This document shows positions 12,210 through 25,866 of a stretch of DNA of 64,000 bases, piece by piece (within the stretch, counting starts at the first letter, position 1; the number at the start of each line of letters is the position of its first letter). The notes under the pieces were generated by a model. It searched no databases and had not been told where the DNA came from. It worked only from the letters and a program-made list of their open reading frames with translations. Source of the stretch: Hydrolagus colliei (taxonomy: Eukaryota); NCBI GenBank assembly GCA_035084275.1, contig CM068744.1, positions 14,260,001 to 14,324,000 on the forward strand, in the 5' to 3' direction. The position numbers were made by a program, and so were the translations under genes.

Positions 12210-13030
12210 CCTTGTTAGTTAATTGGTGGATTGCTTTTCCGGGGCTAATAGGCCCTTCAAAAAAAGTAATGATTTGGTCACTGAAATCATGAACATTGCT
12301 GTGTGCAATTGACTGCCACATTTCACCCCCAAAATATACAGTCAATTCACTTTATAGTATATTCTGTGAAGAGCGTTGAGACAACAACAACAGAATAAAA
12401 TTTAGGGAGCGCCTTTTACATCGGGAAGATGTCCCAAAGCACTGAACAGTCAGGGGTCGGGACCTGAGGAAGGGGAGGGGCAGGGTATGGGGAGTGGAGG
12501 GAGAGAAGTGGGAGGGCGGCTGAACAACAACAACAATAAAATTACATTGATAGAGCGCCTTTCAACAGTCAGGATGTCCCAAGGAGAAAACCGGTGCCCG
12601 CTGAACGGAGGGCCGGGTAGGTTGGTAGGAAGTCAGCAGGTCAGAGAGATAGGAAGACGCAAGGCTGTGAATGGCCATGATAGTGAGGACAAAGGATCTT
12701 CAATTTGATCCTCTGGGGAATGGGAGCCAATGGAATCGGGCGATGGTAGGAGTGATGGGGTCGCGGAGCCCAGTGTGAGAGAGGACACAAACTGCAGAGT
12801 TCTGGATGATCTTCAGCTTGTGAAGGGAAGAGCTGGGAACGTCAACAAGAAGGGAGTTTCCATAGTCAAGTCTTGATGTGACAAATGCATATATCAGGGG
12901 TTCAGCAGCCTGAGGGATGAGGCAGTGGCGGAGTCTCGCAATGTTACAGAGGTGGTGGAAGGCAGTGCTGGTCATGGCGTGAATGTGGGGGAGAAAGGAC
13001 AGTTCAGCATCAAACAATAGATTGTTTCCT
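12210..13030. mobile_element. Partial SINE (plus, about 12210-12380) followed by L2 fragments (minus) with two (AAC)n tails
   Basis: SINE body motif. L2 peptide AEPLIYAFVTSRLDYGNSLL. Tails at about 12381 and about 12524. Confidence 0.85.
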
Positions 13031-13327
13031 AACTGGCTTATTATTACATTCCTATCAGCCACTCCTGATGAAATCCATGATTACTTCACTTACGGCTTGA
13101 ATTACTTTAAGATGATGGTCAGCCATCTGTTGTCCTGTGCCCAGTTTCAAATAAGTTAGTTTAAATGTCAGTATAGGAAAGGTATTCCATCCTTTGTATC
13201 CTCAACTGTACCTGGTACCACTCTCTATTGCAGAAAGGATTAATATAAAGATCCTCACACCTGACAGTGTCAATCAGTAACACCTCCCTTTAAACTCCCA
13301 TCATGCCATTCAATGTAATTTACATAA

Positions 13328-13643
13328 ATAATAATAATAATAATCCTTGCATTTGATATAGTGCTTTTCACGTCTTCTAGATGTCTCAAAGTGCTTCACA
13401 GAATATACTGTAATGTGAATTAACTGTATATTTGTGGGTGAATCACAGCAGCCAATTGCTCACAGCAGTGTCCCACAAACAGTAGTGGATTGAAATAACC
13501 AATTTATTATTGGGGGGTTTTTGAGGGATTATTATTAGACGTGTGGAGTAAGGAAACATGCTCAAGGTTTTGTCCCGCCTGGAATTGAACCCAGGTTTCT
13601 CACTTGTAAGGCGAGTGCTCTCACCACTGAGCTACAGGACTCC
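13328..13643 (-). mobile_element. Full-length tRNA-derived SINE
   Basis: Reverse complement reads GGAGTCCTGTAGCTCAGTGG...GGGTTCAATTCC...body...(ATT)n. Confidence 0.92.
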
Positions 13644-15317
13644 TCAATGATAACAGTTCTCCTTCAAAGAAACTTTAACTTTATTTAATGTGATTTATGT
13701 CCAATAAATTGTACCGTAAATCCTTTGATATGATGTAGCCTTTAAGTTGTATATTCTTTCTACTTTCTACAAGTTTTCCAAGTTCCCAAAGTAGTGTTGA
13801 TGTTCCCTTTCATGTCTACTTAAACTTACTGAAATTACTGCAGACCTATAATTGAAAGTGCTTACAGGGTTGCCTCCAAAAACTTTCACAAATTTGTCAT
13901 TGAACCAATAACTTCACGAGATACACTTTGCAAAAAGAAATACTTTCTGGAGTGGTCTGAGATTTTGCAGAATTTTTCCCAACAAGCTTTACTCCAATTT
14001 TAATAGGAAGATTCTCAGGTTGAAAATATCAATTTCTCCAGTCAAAAATTAGGTTACAGCCAGCCTCCGATTGACCAGGTACTACTGATTCATTTCTTTT
14101 AAAACAAGTTCTTTTATTCAGGTATACTCATTGAGCTGACACTAAAGCATATAAAACGACTACAACGACTACAATATACTACCCGGCACGCATTCTTTAG
14201 GTTAAAAGGGAATAGTCCTTTCTCTTCCTTGACTCCTCTCAGTCGGTCTCGGGGAAAAGTAGGGGTGTTGATCTCTTTGGGGGTCTGCTGTCACATTACA
14301 GCTCTTCCATCAGTAGGTTCCCTTTCTCGAGAGCGGCTTGGCTACTGTCAGTTACAGTATCTTCCATCAGGTCCTTCTCCTTCTGCTCCTCCATCTCCGC
14401 TCTGCTCTATTCCTTTGTCTCAACACTTTTATCCTTTCTTGGACACATGGTGTTCATGTGAACATCTCATGCCACTCTCGTGCTTATTCACATTTTCTTT
14501 TACACCCAACTCTGCCTTTCTTCGCAAACGAGCTCTTCTTATCACAATCTGTTCTAGCCGGTTTCTAATGACAACTCAAACTATGTGCAGCAACTTCCCT
14601 TATCTTATACAGCAGTTATACAAAAACATCACATAGCATCAGCCCACTCTCTGTTTTTAACAGTCTATACTAATTTTAACCAGTTCTTCACCAACTCTAA
14701 CAAGTGTTCGGAAAGGGGTGAAAAGGTTTCAATGACATTGCCATCAGAGTGTGAGAGAGCATGATCCTGCTGAATGAACTGTCTCTACATTTTCAAGAAG
14801 AGTTTAGCTTCATCAGTTTAATTATTTCACTCTGCTGTATTTAAGTCATATGATGAGAAAGTTAAAGGCTATTGCTGAAGGTGAAAGGAGATGTATGCAT
14901 ATGTAGGTGAAACGGAAAAGCTCTCAGATGCAGAAAATACAATTGCTAAGGCAGAAATAGATGACAAATTTTTGTTCCCTTGAATTCAAGTAGAAATCTA
15001 TTAAAGTACAGTACAGAGATTCACACAATTCAAATGTAGAAGTTGAATTAAAAAGTTATAACATAGAAACTACTGCCAAAATCCATTTGCCAAAACGAGG
15101 ATGTAAGAAGGTATGAGGTAAGACATCCTCTTGATGAAAAAGGCAAATGTAAATTGGATTGTGTAACAATGTAAAAGTTTGTGGTGCTCAACTTTTGGCC
15201 TTGTTCTATACTGAAATTGATTTTTTTTATCTCTTACCTACCTTTGTGTCAAGACACATAGATTCATTTCCTTTCTGAATGATTCAATGAGTCCATTTCT
15301 TCTACACGAGATAGCAG

Positions 15318-15495
15318 TCAATCAATTCTATCAATCAAAACTTACATTTATTTAGTGCCTTTCACGTCGAGAGGACGTCCCAAGGTGCTGTATAGTTAGG
15401 TAGGGACAAGAGGAGGGTTGGGCCAGGATGGAGAGCAGGAGAATTGACTGTATATTTGTGGGCGAAACGCAGCAGCCAAATTGTGCACAGCAGCC
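15318..15495 (-). mobile_element. SINE variant with alternative L2-derived tail ending in (TTGA)n
   Basis: Same body as the main SINE but joined to a different tail. A second copy lies at 41578-41763. Confidence 0.75.
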
Positions 15496-15711
15496 AAATT
15501 GCCGTCAAATATGAACCAATAACTTTGCAAAAAAAAACTATTCTGGCAGCCAGACTGTGAATTTGAAATCCTGATTTAATTATGATTTAAATATGTAGTC
15601 AAATAATTCTACTCAAATTTTGATTTAAATGTAAGTTACTATCCATCATTTGATTATTTTCACATCCAGCCAGACCCATTTATAACTTTGGTGATTCATA
15701 TATATATAACG

Positions 15712-16365
15712 CAACACCAACAAACTAACGTTTGTACAGTGCCTTTCATGTCGGAGGACGTCCCAAGGTGCTGAACAATCAGGGATCAGGACCCAAGCTT
15801 GAGGGCAAGGTTGAGATAAGGGAGGGCAGAGTTGGTAGCAGTGCAGCTGAAGGCACAGTCAAAGGAGAGGATCTTGAGACCAGCCTTGAAGGAGGCAAGA
15901 GAAATAGAAAGGCAAAGGGATTATGGGATGGAGTTTCAAAGAGAGGGGGCAGAGAGGCTGAAAGCCCCAGACACCGATAGTAGGGTGGGTTGGCTGGAGA
16001 CCTGGAGCAGGCCAGAATCTGCTGAGTGGAGGGTGCAGACAGGTTGATGGGAGCTACCAGGTCAGAGATATAGGAGGGGCAAGGCTATGGGATGAGGATT
16101 TTGAATTCTATCCTCTGAGGGATGGGCAGCCAGTGGAGCCGGGTGAGGGTGGGTGTGATAGTAATAATAATCCTTGCATTTGGTATAACGCCTTATAACA
16201 TCTTCTAGATGTCTCCAAGCGCTTCATAGAATACACTGTAAAGTGAATTGACTGTGTATTTGTGGACGAAACACAGCAGCCAATTGTGCACAACAGTGTC
16301 CTACAAATAGTCGAGGATTGAAAGAACTAATTTATTACTTTTGTGACGGATTATTAACAAACATG
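15712..16365 (-). mobile_element. L2 3' fragment (about 15712-16160) abutting a truncated SINE (about 16163-16365)
   Basis: Similar to the L2 and SINE copies elsewhere in the window. Confidence 0.85.
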
Positions 16366-16779
16366 TGCTTGAGGTGTTGTACACTTCTGGCCTTTAGCAG
16401 TGAATGCCTGGAATCCTGTGCATGGCCTACAGGTACAGAAGGCCTCCTGGTAATTTGCATAAATTCTGCAAATAATAATAATTTAGTCACTTAATTCACG
16501 ACTGTTTGTGGGAATCTGCTGTGCGCAATTGGCATTTCACCCACAAATATAGTCAATTTATAGTATGCATCACAGAGATGCTGGCTGGTGCTCTGTATGA
16601 TGACCAATTTGGATAAAATATCTGATTGTGTTATAATAGGGTTTGGATACATTTGTTTGAATGTTAGGTCCCAGGGTGGTACTTGGGTTACAAATAAAAA
16701 TCAGCATGTGATATTATCATGAGTGTTGTTCATCACATCAACTATTAAAACAGTCAATATTCATCATCAGCTTTGGACT

Positions 16780-17030
16780 TGAAGAAGGCTAGGGAGGGGG
16801 CGAGGTGGAGGGATTGTTGGATGGAACTCCAAAGAGTGGCTTGATGCTCGGCTGCTGCTGGTGGGTGGATGGGTCAGGGGACATGGAGCAGGCTGGAGTC
16901 TGCTGAGCGGATGAAGCGGTCAGGTTGGTAGGGGGTTAGGAGGTCACAGAGGTAGGGTGGGGCGAGGAAATGCAGGGCTTTAAAGATGAGGTCCAGGATT
17001 TTGAATTAAATTCTCTGAGTGATGGTAAGT
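16780..17030 (-). mobile_element. Decayed L2 fragment
   Basis: GGAGCAGGCTGGAGTCTGCTGA and GGATTTTGAATT match the other L2 copies. Confidence 0.7.
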
Positions 17031-17039
17031 GAATTAAGA

Positions 17040-18347
17040 GATACAAAGAAAGTAATAGGTGCAAAAAGGGAATATGGTAAAAATAAAACCTGCAGGGCAA
17101 CGGTAAAGGTTTATAGATTTATTAAGAGAAACAGAGTAGTAAGGGGCAATGTGGGACCATCAAAGACAGATGTAGATGGACTGTAATGGACAATAAGAAA
17201 ATGGCAGACTTGTTGAGTTAATATTTTGCTTCCGTTTTCACAGTAAAGAGGACAAAATAGTAGCAGTACAATGGAATGTAAAAATAAGACAGCAAAGTAC
17301 TAAATGGATTGAATATTTTTTAAATTGGTACAGTATTGGAGAAAATAATGGGACTTAAGATAGATAATTCTCCAAGATCTAATGGATTCCACCCCAGGGT
17401 ATTAAAAGAAGTAGGAGAGGGAATTAGATACATAGTCATAATTTTTCAAATGTTTCTATATCAAAGAATTGTACCCCTGGATTGGAAAATTGCAAATGTC
17501 ACTCTGTTATTTAAGAAGCAAGGGAAAATCCAGGTAACTACAGATCTGTCAACTTAACTTCAATGCAGGGAGTTACTGGAATCCTTCATCAGGGAAAGAG
17601 TGACCAGTTCAACAAGTATCAGCTGATCAAGTCAGCATGGATTTGTGGAGAGTAGGTCATGTTTAACAAATCTAATTGAACTTTTTGAGGATGTTATTAA
17701 CATGGTGGACAAGAGAGTGTCTATGGATGTCATCTACATGGTCTTGTGGAAGACATTTGTTAAGGTTCCGTGTAAGAGATTATTAGCAAGTGTGAAAGCA
17801 CATGGAATTGGAAGTAACCTTGCGACATGGCCTGGTCATTGGTTGGGAGGCAGAAAACAGAGAGTAAGGATAAAGGGAACATTCTCTGATTAGTGGAATG
17901 TGATAAGTACTGTTCCCCAGGGGTCTATACTGGGCCCTCAACTTTCCATCATATATATAAATTATGTGGTTGTAGGCATAGAGAGTTTGATATAAACATT
18001 TGTGGATGACATAAAGTTGGAGGCATTAGTAAATTGCTAAAACTATTTCCTCAGGTACAGGAATCTAGAAAACAGGGGTATAATCTTAGAATTAGTTAGA
18101 CCATTTATGAGTGAAAAGAAGAGGCAGTTGTTTTACTCAACAAGTAGTAGAACTCTCTCCTTCAAAAGGCTGTGGATGCTGGATACATTCAATTGTTTGA
18201 GAGTGAGCTGGATAGATACTTGTTAGGTCAGGGTATCACTAGATATGGGGCATGGGCAGATAATTAAAGTTGAGGTACAGATCAGCCATAATCTTATGAA
18301 ATGGCAGAATAGGCTCAATGGCTGAATGGCCTTCTCCTGTTCCTATG
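17040..18347 (+). mobile_element. Decayed CR1/L3 LINE (RT fragment and 3' end)
   Basis: Peptides SPRSNGFHPRVLKE, VPLDWKIANVTLLFKK, SCLTNLIELFEDV, VPQG and FVDDIK. 3' UTR GCTGAATGGCCTTCTCCTGTTCCTATG. Confidence 0.92.
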
Positions 18348-21007
18348 CAGGATAGTGATAACCTTTGATTGCATTTTTGATAGACATGATATTTATCATC
18401 AGTAATCACATATAACTATTCTGCATTCACCCTCTTCCAACATCCAACAACCTAAGAGGAAAAAAAAAGTAGGAACATAAGAACATAAGAAGACCAAAAT
18501 TTATCCAATTCACCAACCTAGCAGTCATATGTTGTATCGCAAACTAAATATTCTACATAATATCAGTATGTATAACAATACTTCCTCAAAATACTTTCTT
18601 TTTCACATTTTAAGTTTTGTAAAAATTATAGAGCACTCCCCATCTTTTCCAGCGGTTGAAGCCTTGGAATGATGCCAAATGACTTTCCCATCAAAATATT
18701 TCATCCCTTGTTGGAGGATTAATGCAGGTTGAGCAGATTATTATTTGCAGCAGGTTAGAAAATTCTCTGCACATTTTGTGCTACAAGCATCTTAATACCT
18801 TTTCTCACAAATTGAAGATACACGGACAAAAATCTGACCTTAGTTATGCAAAGCTAAAGTGTAGAAATGATGAAAAAAATATGAATAGCTGATAGTCCTA
18901 ATTGCGCCATTAATAATGAAAATCACCATGCGGCAATGTCTCACAAAACCTGCATGGAAAATCACACAAAGGTTTATATTCTGGATGCATTTTTATTTTA
19001 TTTTTTCACATATTTTGTAAGAATGTCAAATAAGAGGCAGTAAAGAAAGAAAAATAGCTTGTATTATGATAGAATGGTATATTGTCCCAATAAATAATTA
19101 CTGTGGAGTGCAGTACAATGATTGTTTTTGCAGGGAAAAGTAGCACTTTGTCCCACAGTAAAACCCATCCAACAGCCATGGTTCTAGAAGAGTGTTGTGC
19201 ATGACACCAAATAGCATTTGTCATTTCTACTCAGACAACAAATGGATAGGAGCTCAGTTCAACATCTCCTGACAGAGAGGGAGCTACTAACTGAGCCAAA
19301 CTGACTCTAAACATATTGCTATAATGAGATTCTTTAATTCTGTAGAAATCAATAAGAAAAACACGTAGACAATTGAGTCAAACCTATATATTTATAGTAA
19401 AATGATACATAATTTAAATAAATTCATAATTAAAATCCAATGAAGAGAAGTTGCATACTGTACAATATTTTCAAAATGGTCATTGCAATATCTATGTCAT
19501 TTGGCTATTAATAATGATAAAACTATGTCAATACGAAAGGCACTATGCAAATGTAATTTTGTATTGCATTGCAAAATACTAATTATCCTTTCATATAGTG
19601 CCTTTCACTTCATAAGGATGTCTCAAAGTGTATTTTGTAGGCATGTACGATTGCCAATTTGCAAAAAGCCGTAAATGATCGTCTTTATTTGAGGGGGGAT
19701 TACTGACAAGGACATTGTGAGAATCCTTGCGAAAACATTTGGAAGGATGTTTCTGAAGAAGAATTAAATCCCAAATGTGAGCTTTTAGGTGCTGGTAGAC
19801 ATCTGGTTGCTGCATGTTTAGTGGCAAATTGTGACGTTTTATATGGCTTTATCAATCACAGTTTAGCCAACAAGAGTCATTCTGGAGTTTTACTTCTGAC
19901 ATTACATGGAGAAGGTGATCTGAGGATCATTTTGGAGTTGCTGACTGAGTCTGCCCTCATCACAATTTACTAAATTGCTGACACTTAATAGGAAACAGGG
20001 TTGAGTTCTTCTTTGGTGTCCTTCATGAGTAGGATATTTTTCAACAAAACAAGATAAGGAAGATAGCCTAAGTGCTCAGAATCTAGGTGTCTATGCAGAA
20101 TCTGCAAACAAGCAATTGATCAACATTTAAATTTCAATAATTTATTATTAAGTAGATTCCCTCAACATTTTGTTTCAGTTGCTGCAATCACCACTTCTGT
20201 TATCTTGCGGAATGAAAGGCAAGTAAAGCCAACACATATACTGAAGAATATAGTTGAAAAGGGTGATTGTAAAACTGACTTTCATTGAGACAAATTGCAA
20301 ACTACTCCATTCTTGATCTGTGTGGATGCTATATCAATAACTCTCAATAAAAGTCAATTGATAAGACACTTTGATTGACAATTAGTCAGTCATTGGACTG
20401 CCAGTTGTCTCGGCAACCACAGTGTTGTCAGAGTAAGCTCTTGGGTAAGATCATCAATATTTTCTTATTTCTAACACCCAATTTTTAACTGACATAGTAA
20501 TGGCACAATCACTCTGTGTTAATATATGTTATCCATATGTGATGTAATCACCAATATTGCTGTAAACAAAAAGAAATGCCCACACAACAAACAAACAAAC
20601 ACAAACAAAACTTACATTTATATAGCGCCTTTCACGTCGAGAGGACATCCCAAGGCGCTGTGAACAACAATGAACACAACAATGAAATATGTTTATGATA
20701 TTCTGCTCATAGTTTAGTTAAGTAATTATATTTCAAAAATGAGTACCTGTAGGATACAGCCATTAACAGTCATTCTTGGAAAAAAATAGATGGTAAAATA
20801 CATCTGACTTTTTAACATGCTTGTAATCGGCATAAGATACCTGTTGGAAAGGAGCTGAACAGTAGGGGGTGCAACTGATAAAGAAGCATTTTTCCCTTGC
20901 AATGAAAAAAAGGTAAAAGAGTAAAAGTTCTCCACCCTGAATCCAAATCATTTTAATATGTGTTGAATCCTAGAGCAAAAATATATTCATAGTAACCTTG
21001 CATACTT

Positions 21008-21755
21008 TAATAATAATAGTCCTTGCATTTAATATACTGTAGTATTTTTCATGCTTTTAGATGTCTCAAAGCGGTTCACAGAATATACTGTAAGTGAATT
21101 GACTGCATAATTATGGGTTAACAAATATGAAGTGATGAGTAATATCACAAGTAGTCCCATGATTGAACCTCAAACAATGATAGATTTTAAACGACTGGGA
21201 TCCCATGTTTTGCATTGAACATTATTTATTTGATATAAAAAGAGCTACTTTTTAATATTGTTAGACAGTTTAGTTGTTTACAGAGCTTCAATGTTTCAAT
21301 ACTTAAAAGTTAACTTTTAGTAAATTTAAAATACAATACAATATTTTCACTATGTGGTGCAGGCAGGATGCACTACGGGCAATATTGAAATAGCCACCTT
21401 CACACCCAACATGTTGGGATAATAACCGGTTTATCAAACTCCCAAATTCAAGGATTATTATTATTATTAATGGTACAAACCCACTTTTAAACGTGTGAAT
21501 GTATTCCACATGCCTGTTTACTCAGCAGTAACTAGTCAACTAGTGGTTCCCTTTACGAGGATAATAATCAGTCCCCCCAAAAAAAATTTAGGGAACAATC
21601 TATGATTGTTTGTGGGACATTGCTATAGATAATTGGCAGCTGTGCTTTGGCCACAAAATTTACAGTCAACTTATTTACAATATATTCTGTGAAGCACTTT
21701 GTGAGATCTCAATGACTTGATCAGGTACTTTATCAAATTCAAGGATTATTATTAT
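21008..21755. mobile_element. Two degraded SINE fragments (about 21008-21120 minus; about 21590-21755 plus)
   Basis: SINE tail and body motifs. Confidence 0.7.
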
Positions 21756-22854
21756 TGTTGATAAGTTCTCCCATGATCTTGCAATTCTTATACTGTTACC
21801 CCAGGATCATTCTCTCTGCACTAATCTCTCACTGGCTCCTGTGTTCTCTCAGCCAGTACATTGTTGGCCCATTTTCTTCCTCCTGCGCGCATCTCTTTTA
21901 TTTGTTATTGTCTCTGTTTGCTCTATCTTGGTCTATTTCTGTACAAAGATCTTCTGCACAACAATTCCTGAGGTTAACGTGAAAGTACAAGCACAAACAT
22001 GGAACTAAATGTTTCACTGGGAACCAATAAATGACAGTACTGAGGCATCACAGCATGGATCATTCACCTCTCACTAGTCATATGTCAGTATAATGTGATT
22101 TCTAGAATAAATAGTTTGCTCTTCAAGTTCCACAATTCTCACATCTTCTAAGCTCTCTCTCTCAAGTGCCTTATTGTATTGTGTGCATGATTTAAAGTCT
22201 GGGGCCTTGGGATGCCTTTGAACATAGAACTATCCATTTTGTAATGAATTCACTCTCCATCTATCACGTGTTCACTATAATCTCTGGATTCTAGTTTCAC
22301 ATTTACCAGTTTGCACACATAATTATTAACATCTTTGACAGTAAAGCATTTTTCCAATCATTTAACTTTTTATATATTATATGTTATCTTAGTCTGCTGT
22401 CCATAGTGCTATTCAAGTCATCATTTCTGGTACCTCATGCCTGGTAACATCCTGGTAAATCTCCTCTGCATGCCTTCCGAAGTATGCTGCAATTCAATTC
22501 AAATCCACTTCTGCATTCTTGGTCACAAATAAGCATCACTTAGAAATTTTCTCTCTTAGAAAGTGTTTTTGGTTGTGGATTTTATAGTTATCTACTTTGG
22601 TTGTTATTGTGATTTGTACTGACAGAAGCTAACTTGATTTGGGAGCTCAAAACCCCTCACTGAAGACTACGGACCCTCACTAAATACCGCCACCACTTAT
22701 GTCTAGATTTCCTGTGCTAACATAAATTTTTTTTATAAAAGATACACCAGAATCATTTTGTTTCTTATGAGAAAAGTAAAGAAGATAGTGGGACCCAATT
22801 CCACGTGTAAAATATTTATCCTTAGGAATTGTTTCTTAACTTGAATATAGATCT

Positions 22855-23640
22855 GTCACATTACTTGTCTCTGACCGTACCATACATCCAAACACTCTTC
22901 CATGCATTTGCCACCACCCGATTCGAATGTTCAAATGCCCTCCTCCCCAAATCCACAAAACTCTGCGGCACCAAACCTCTGCTGCTTGTGTACTCATCCA
23001 TTTTAAACTTCACCACTATCACACTGGTGCCCACCAGGCTCCACTGGCTCCCTAAAATAAAAATCCTTGCGTTTGATATAGCGCTTTTCACATCTTATCG
23101 ATGTCCCAAAGCACTTCACAGAATATACTGTAAAGTGAATTGACTGTATATTTGTGGGCGAATCGCGGCAGCCAATTGAGCACAGCATTGTTCCACAAAC
23201 AGTCGTGGATTGAAATGACCAATTTTATTACTGTGGTTTTTTTGGACGGATTATTATTCCCTAGGACAGAATGGATTGACTTCAAGGCCGTCATACTCAT
23301 CTACAAATCCCTTCATCCCCTGACACTGCCCTATCTCTCCAACCTATTTATTCCCCACGACACCACTTGCTGCTCTGCTTGGCTGGCTTTGGCCTCCTAC
23401 CTGTCCTTCATCTCCTCCATTCCACCATCGGTGGCCACACTTTTGGCTACCATTCTGGAAATCTCTTCCGGATTTGCAGATCAGGCAATAAGACCTCCTC
23501 TTTGACCTTGTCCATGCTTACCCCCCCACCCCACCTCCCCCCTCCCCCCCATTCTCCAGCTCAGGGTCAGGTTCTGCTATTGTGAAGCGCTCTGAGACGC
23601 TACCCTGCACAAAACACACTGTAGAGCAAATTGTTGTTGT
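22855..23640 (+). mobile_element. Decayed L2 interrupted by an antisense SINE (23055-23257)
   Basis: L2 peptide LHWLP resumes as IDFK after the insert. Direct repeat TCCCTA at 23049-23054 and 23258-23263. Confidence 0.85.
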
Positions 23641-24121
23641 AGATCAATTAACTGGAATAAAATCAACAAATACTTGGCTTTGTGCCTTTGCCTTTAGACT
23701 ATCCGGCAAACAGTGAGTGAAATTCAATGGCTCAGTAGCATATAACTGCCATTTTTTTTTCTTTTTCTCTGATGTTGATCTACCATTTATCCACTGAACA
23801 ATGAGCCTGGACAAAAATAGCCTCTGCTTTTGAAAACAAAATAGCCTTTGAGAATAGATAGTGAAGCCGAATTGTGCCCTCAGACATTGTATGTGAGCTC
23901 TTGGGACCAAACTTTCATCATTGCTTTTCAGCTACTGAATCATAAGTAAAATTAGTTCTGGTAATCTCAAACCCATAGCAAAAGGTTTCTTTGAACTTGT
24001 GATTCCCTGAAGTTAAACATAGGATGAGTGTACCTGTATTAAAGGTAAGCCTCTTCAGTTCTACATTCATACTGCTCAATGTGAACCTAGTACAAATCTT
24101 GTCCAATATAGCACAAGACAC

Positions 24122-25039
24122 TCTTTCAAAAAGTTAGTTTGCAGGTGCAGCAACCAACTAAGAAGGCGAATGGAATGTTAGCATTTATGCAAAAGGTTTA
24201 GAGTACAAGAGTAAGGAAGTCTTGCTGCAACTGTATAGGGCCTTGGTGAGACAGCACCTAGAGTATTGTGTGAAGTTTTGGTCTCCTTATTTAAAAAAGG
24301 ACATACTTGCCTTAGAGCTGGTGCAGCGTAGATTCACTAGGTTAGTTCCTGGGATGAGGGCACTAACCTACAAGGATAGGTTGAATAAACTAGGGCTGTA
24401 TTCTCTAGAGTACAGAAGAATTAGGGGAGATCTTATTGAAACGGTAACCGCCCGATAGTCCAAAGGTTCAATAGTCCGAAGGTTCATTAGTCCGAAGCTT
24501 CCCCTAACCCTAACCGTAATCCTAACACTAACCCTAACATTTGGACTAATGAACCTTCAGACTATCGCACCAAATGTTCGGATTAACAAATCTTATTTTC
24601 GGACTATCAAGTGGTAACCACGGTAACCGCCCCAGGTATAGGAAATTTGTGTGTTCGGACTATCGAACCTTCGGACTATCGAGTGCCCCCCATTGAAACA
24701 TATAAGATTCTTAAAGGGCTGGATAAAGTAGATAAGAAGGGACTGTTTCCCCTGGTAGGAGAATCTATAACCAGGGGTCACAGTCTTAAAATTAAGGGTC
24801 ACCCTTTTAGAACAGAGTTAAGAAAACATTTCTTCACTCAGAAGGCTGTAGATGCTCAGTCGTTGAACATTTTCAAGGCTGAGACTGATAGATTTTTTAA
24901 AAATCGAGGGATTAGGGGATATGGGGATAGGGCAGGTAATTACAGTTAGGTCAGAAGATCAGCCATGATCTTATCGAATGGCGGGACAGGCTCGAGGGTA
25001 CCGAATGGCCTACTCCTGCTCCTAATTCTTATGTTCTTA
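24122..25039 (+). mobile_element. 5'-truncated CR1 LINE carrying a nested MITE
   Basis: LYRALVRQHLEYCVKFWSPYLKKDI...RGDLIET|YKILKGLDKVD...RGHSLK. 3' end CCTACTCCTGCTCCTAATTCTTATGTTCTT. Confidence 0.95.
24443..24691. mobile_element. 249-bp non-autonomous foldback-type DNA element with 8-bp TSD
   Basis: TSD ATTGAAAC at 24435-24442 and 24692-24699. Inverted arrays of (GA)TAGTCCGAAGGTTC. Removing the element restores the CR1 reading frame. Confidence 0.9.
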
Positions 25040-25104
25040 ATAATACAAGAAAGCCCCCTTAGAAGAAGGTAGTTGGGGTCAATAGCATCCCAACCAGTGC
25101 CATA

Positions 25105-25866
25105 AGCCCTGTAGCTCAGTAGTTAGAGCACTCGCCTTGCTGGGTTCAATTCCCGGCAGGGCAAAACATTAGGCAAGTTTGCTTACTCCACATACTTCTG
25201 TTTCCCTAGCAGTAAGCAGTAAGTTGTAAGTGATTGGCGGATTGCTTTTCCGATGATAATAATTCCTTCCCCCCACAAATTAAAAATTGGTAACTAAATT
25301 CATGATGGTTAGGTGGGACACTGCCGTGCACAATTGGCTGCCACTTTTCGCCCACAAAATGTTCAGTCAATTCACTTTGCAGTATATTCTGTGAAGTATG
25401 CTTTTCAACAACAACAACTTATATAACACTCTGCATGCAAAGTAGAATCTCAGAATGTTGAACAGTGACAAAGCCTGACTCTGAGCCGGGGGTGGGTGGG
25501 GAGGTGGAGGTGGCCGTAAGCACAGTTGAAAAAGGTCTTCAGGTGGGACTTGAAAAAGGGGAGAGGAGCAAGGTGGAATGATATGGATTGGGAGTGAGGA
25601 GGTCGGAGATGTAGGGAGGCACCAGAGAATGAAGGGACCTGAATAAAAGTGTGAGGATCTTGAAGTCAATTCATACGGTGATGGGAGCCAGTGGAGCCTG
25701 GTCAGAACTGGTGAGACAACCCACGGAGCTTAACCAGGGCAAGTATGCAGCAGCAGATTTCTGAATGAGCTCGAACTTTCGAATAGAGTTCGGGAGACCG
25801 ACGAGCAGCGCACTTTGAGATGTCTGGAAGACATGATAAGGCACTATATCAAATGTAAGGATTATT
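25105..25866 (+). mobile_element. Long-variant SINE interrupted by an antisense L2 fragment (about 25406-25808)
   Basis: Head GTAGCTCAGTAG...GGGTTCAATTCC, body to about 25400, SINE tail resumes at about 25810. Confidence 0.82.

Noticed and set aside
22393-22413. REST/RE1 site (GCTGTCCATAGTGCT)
   Set aside because: It is only a partial match. It lacks the conserved terminal GA of GGTGCTGA and has several other mismatches.
24502-24537. Interstitial telomere marking a chromosome fusion
   Set aside because: There are only six degenerate hexamers and they lie inside a TSD-bounded mobile element.
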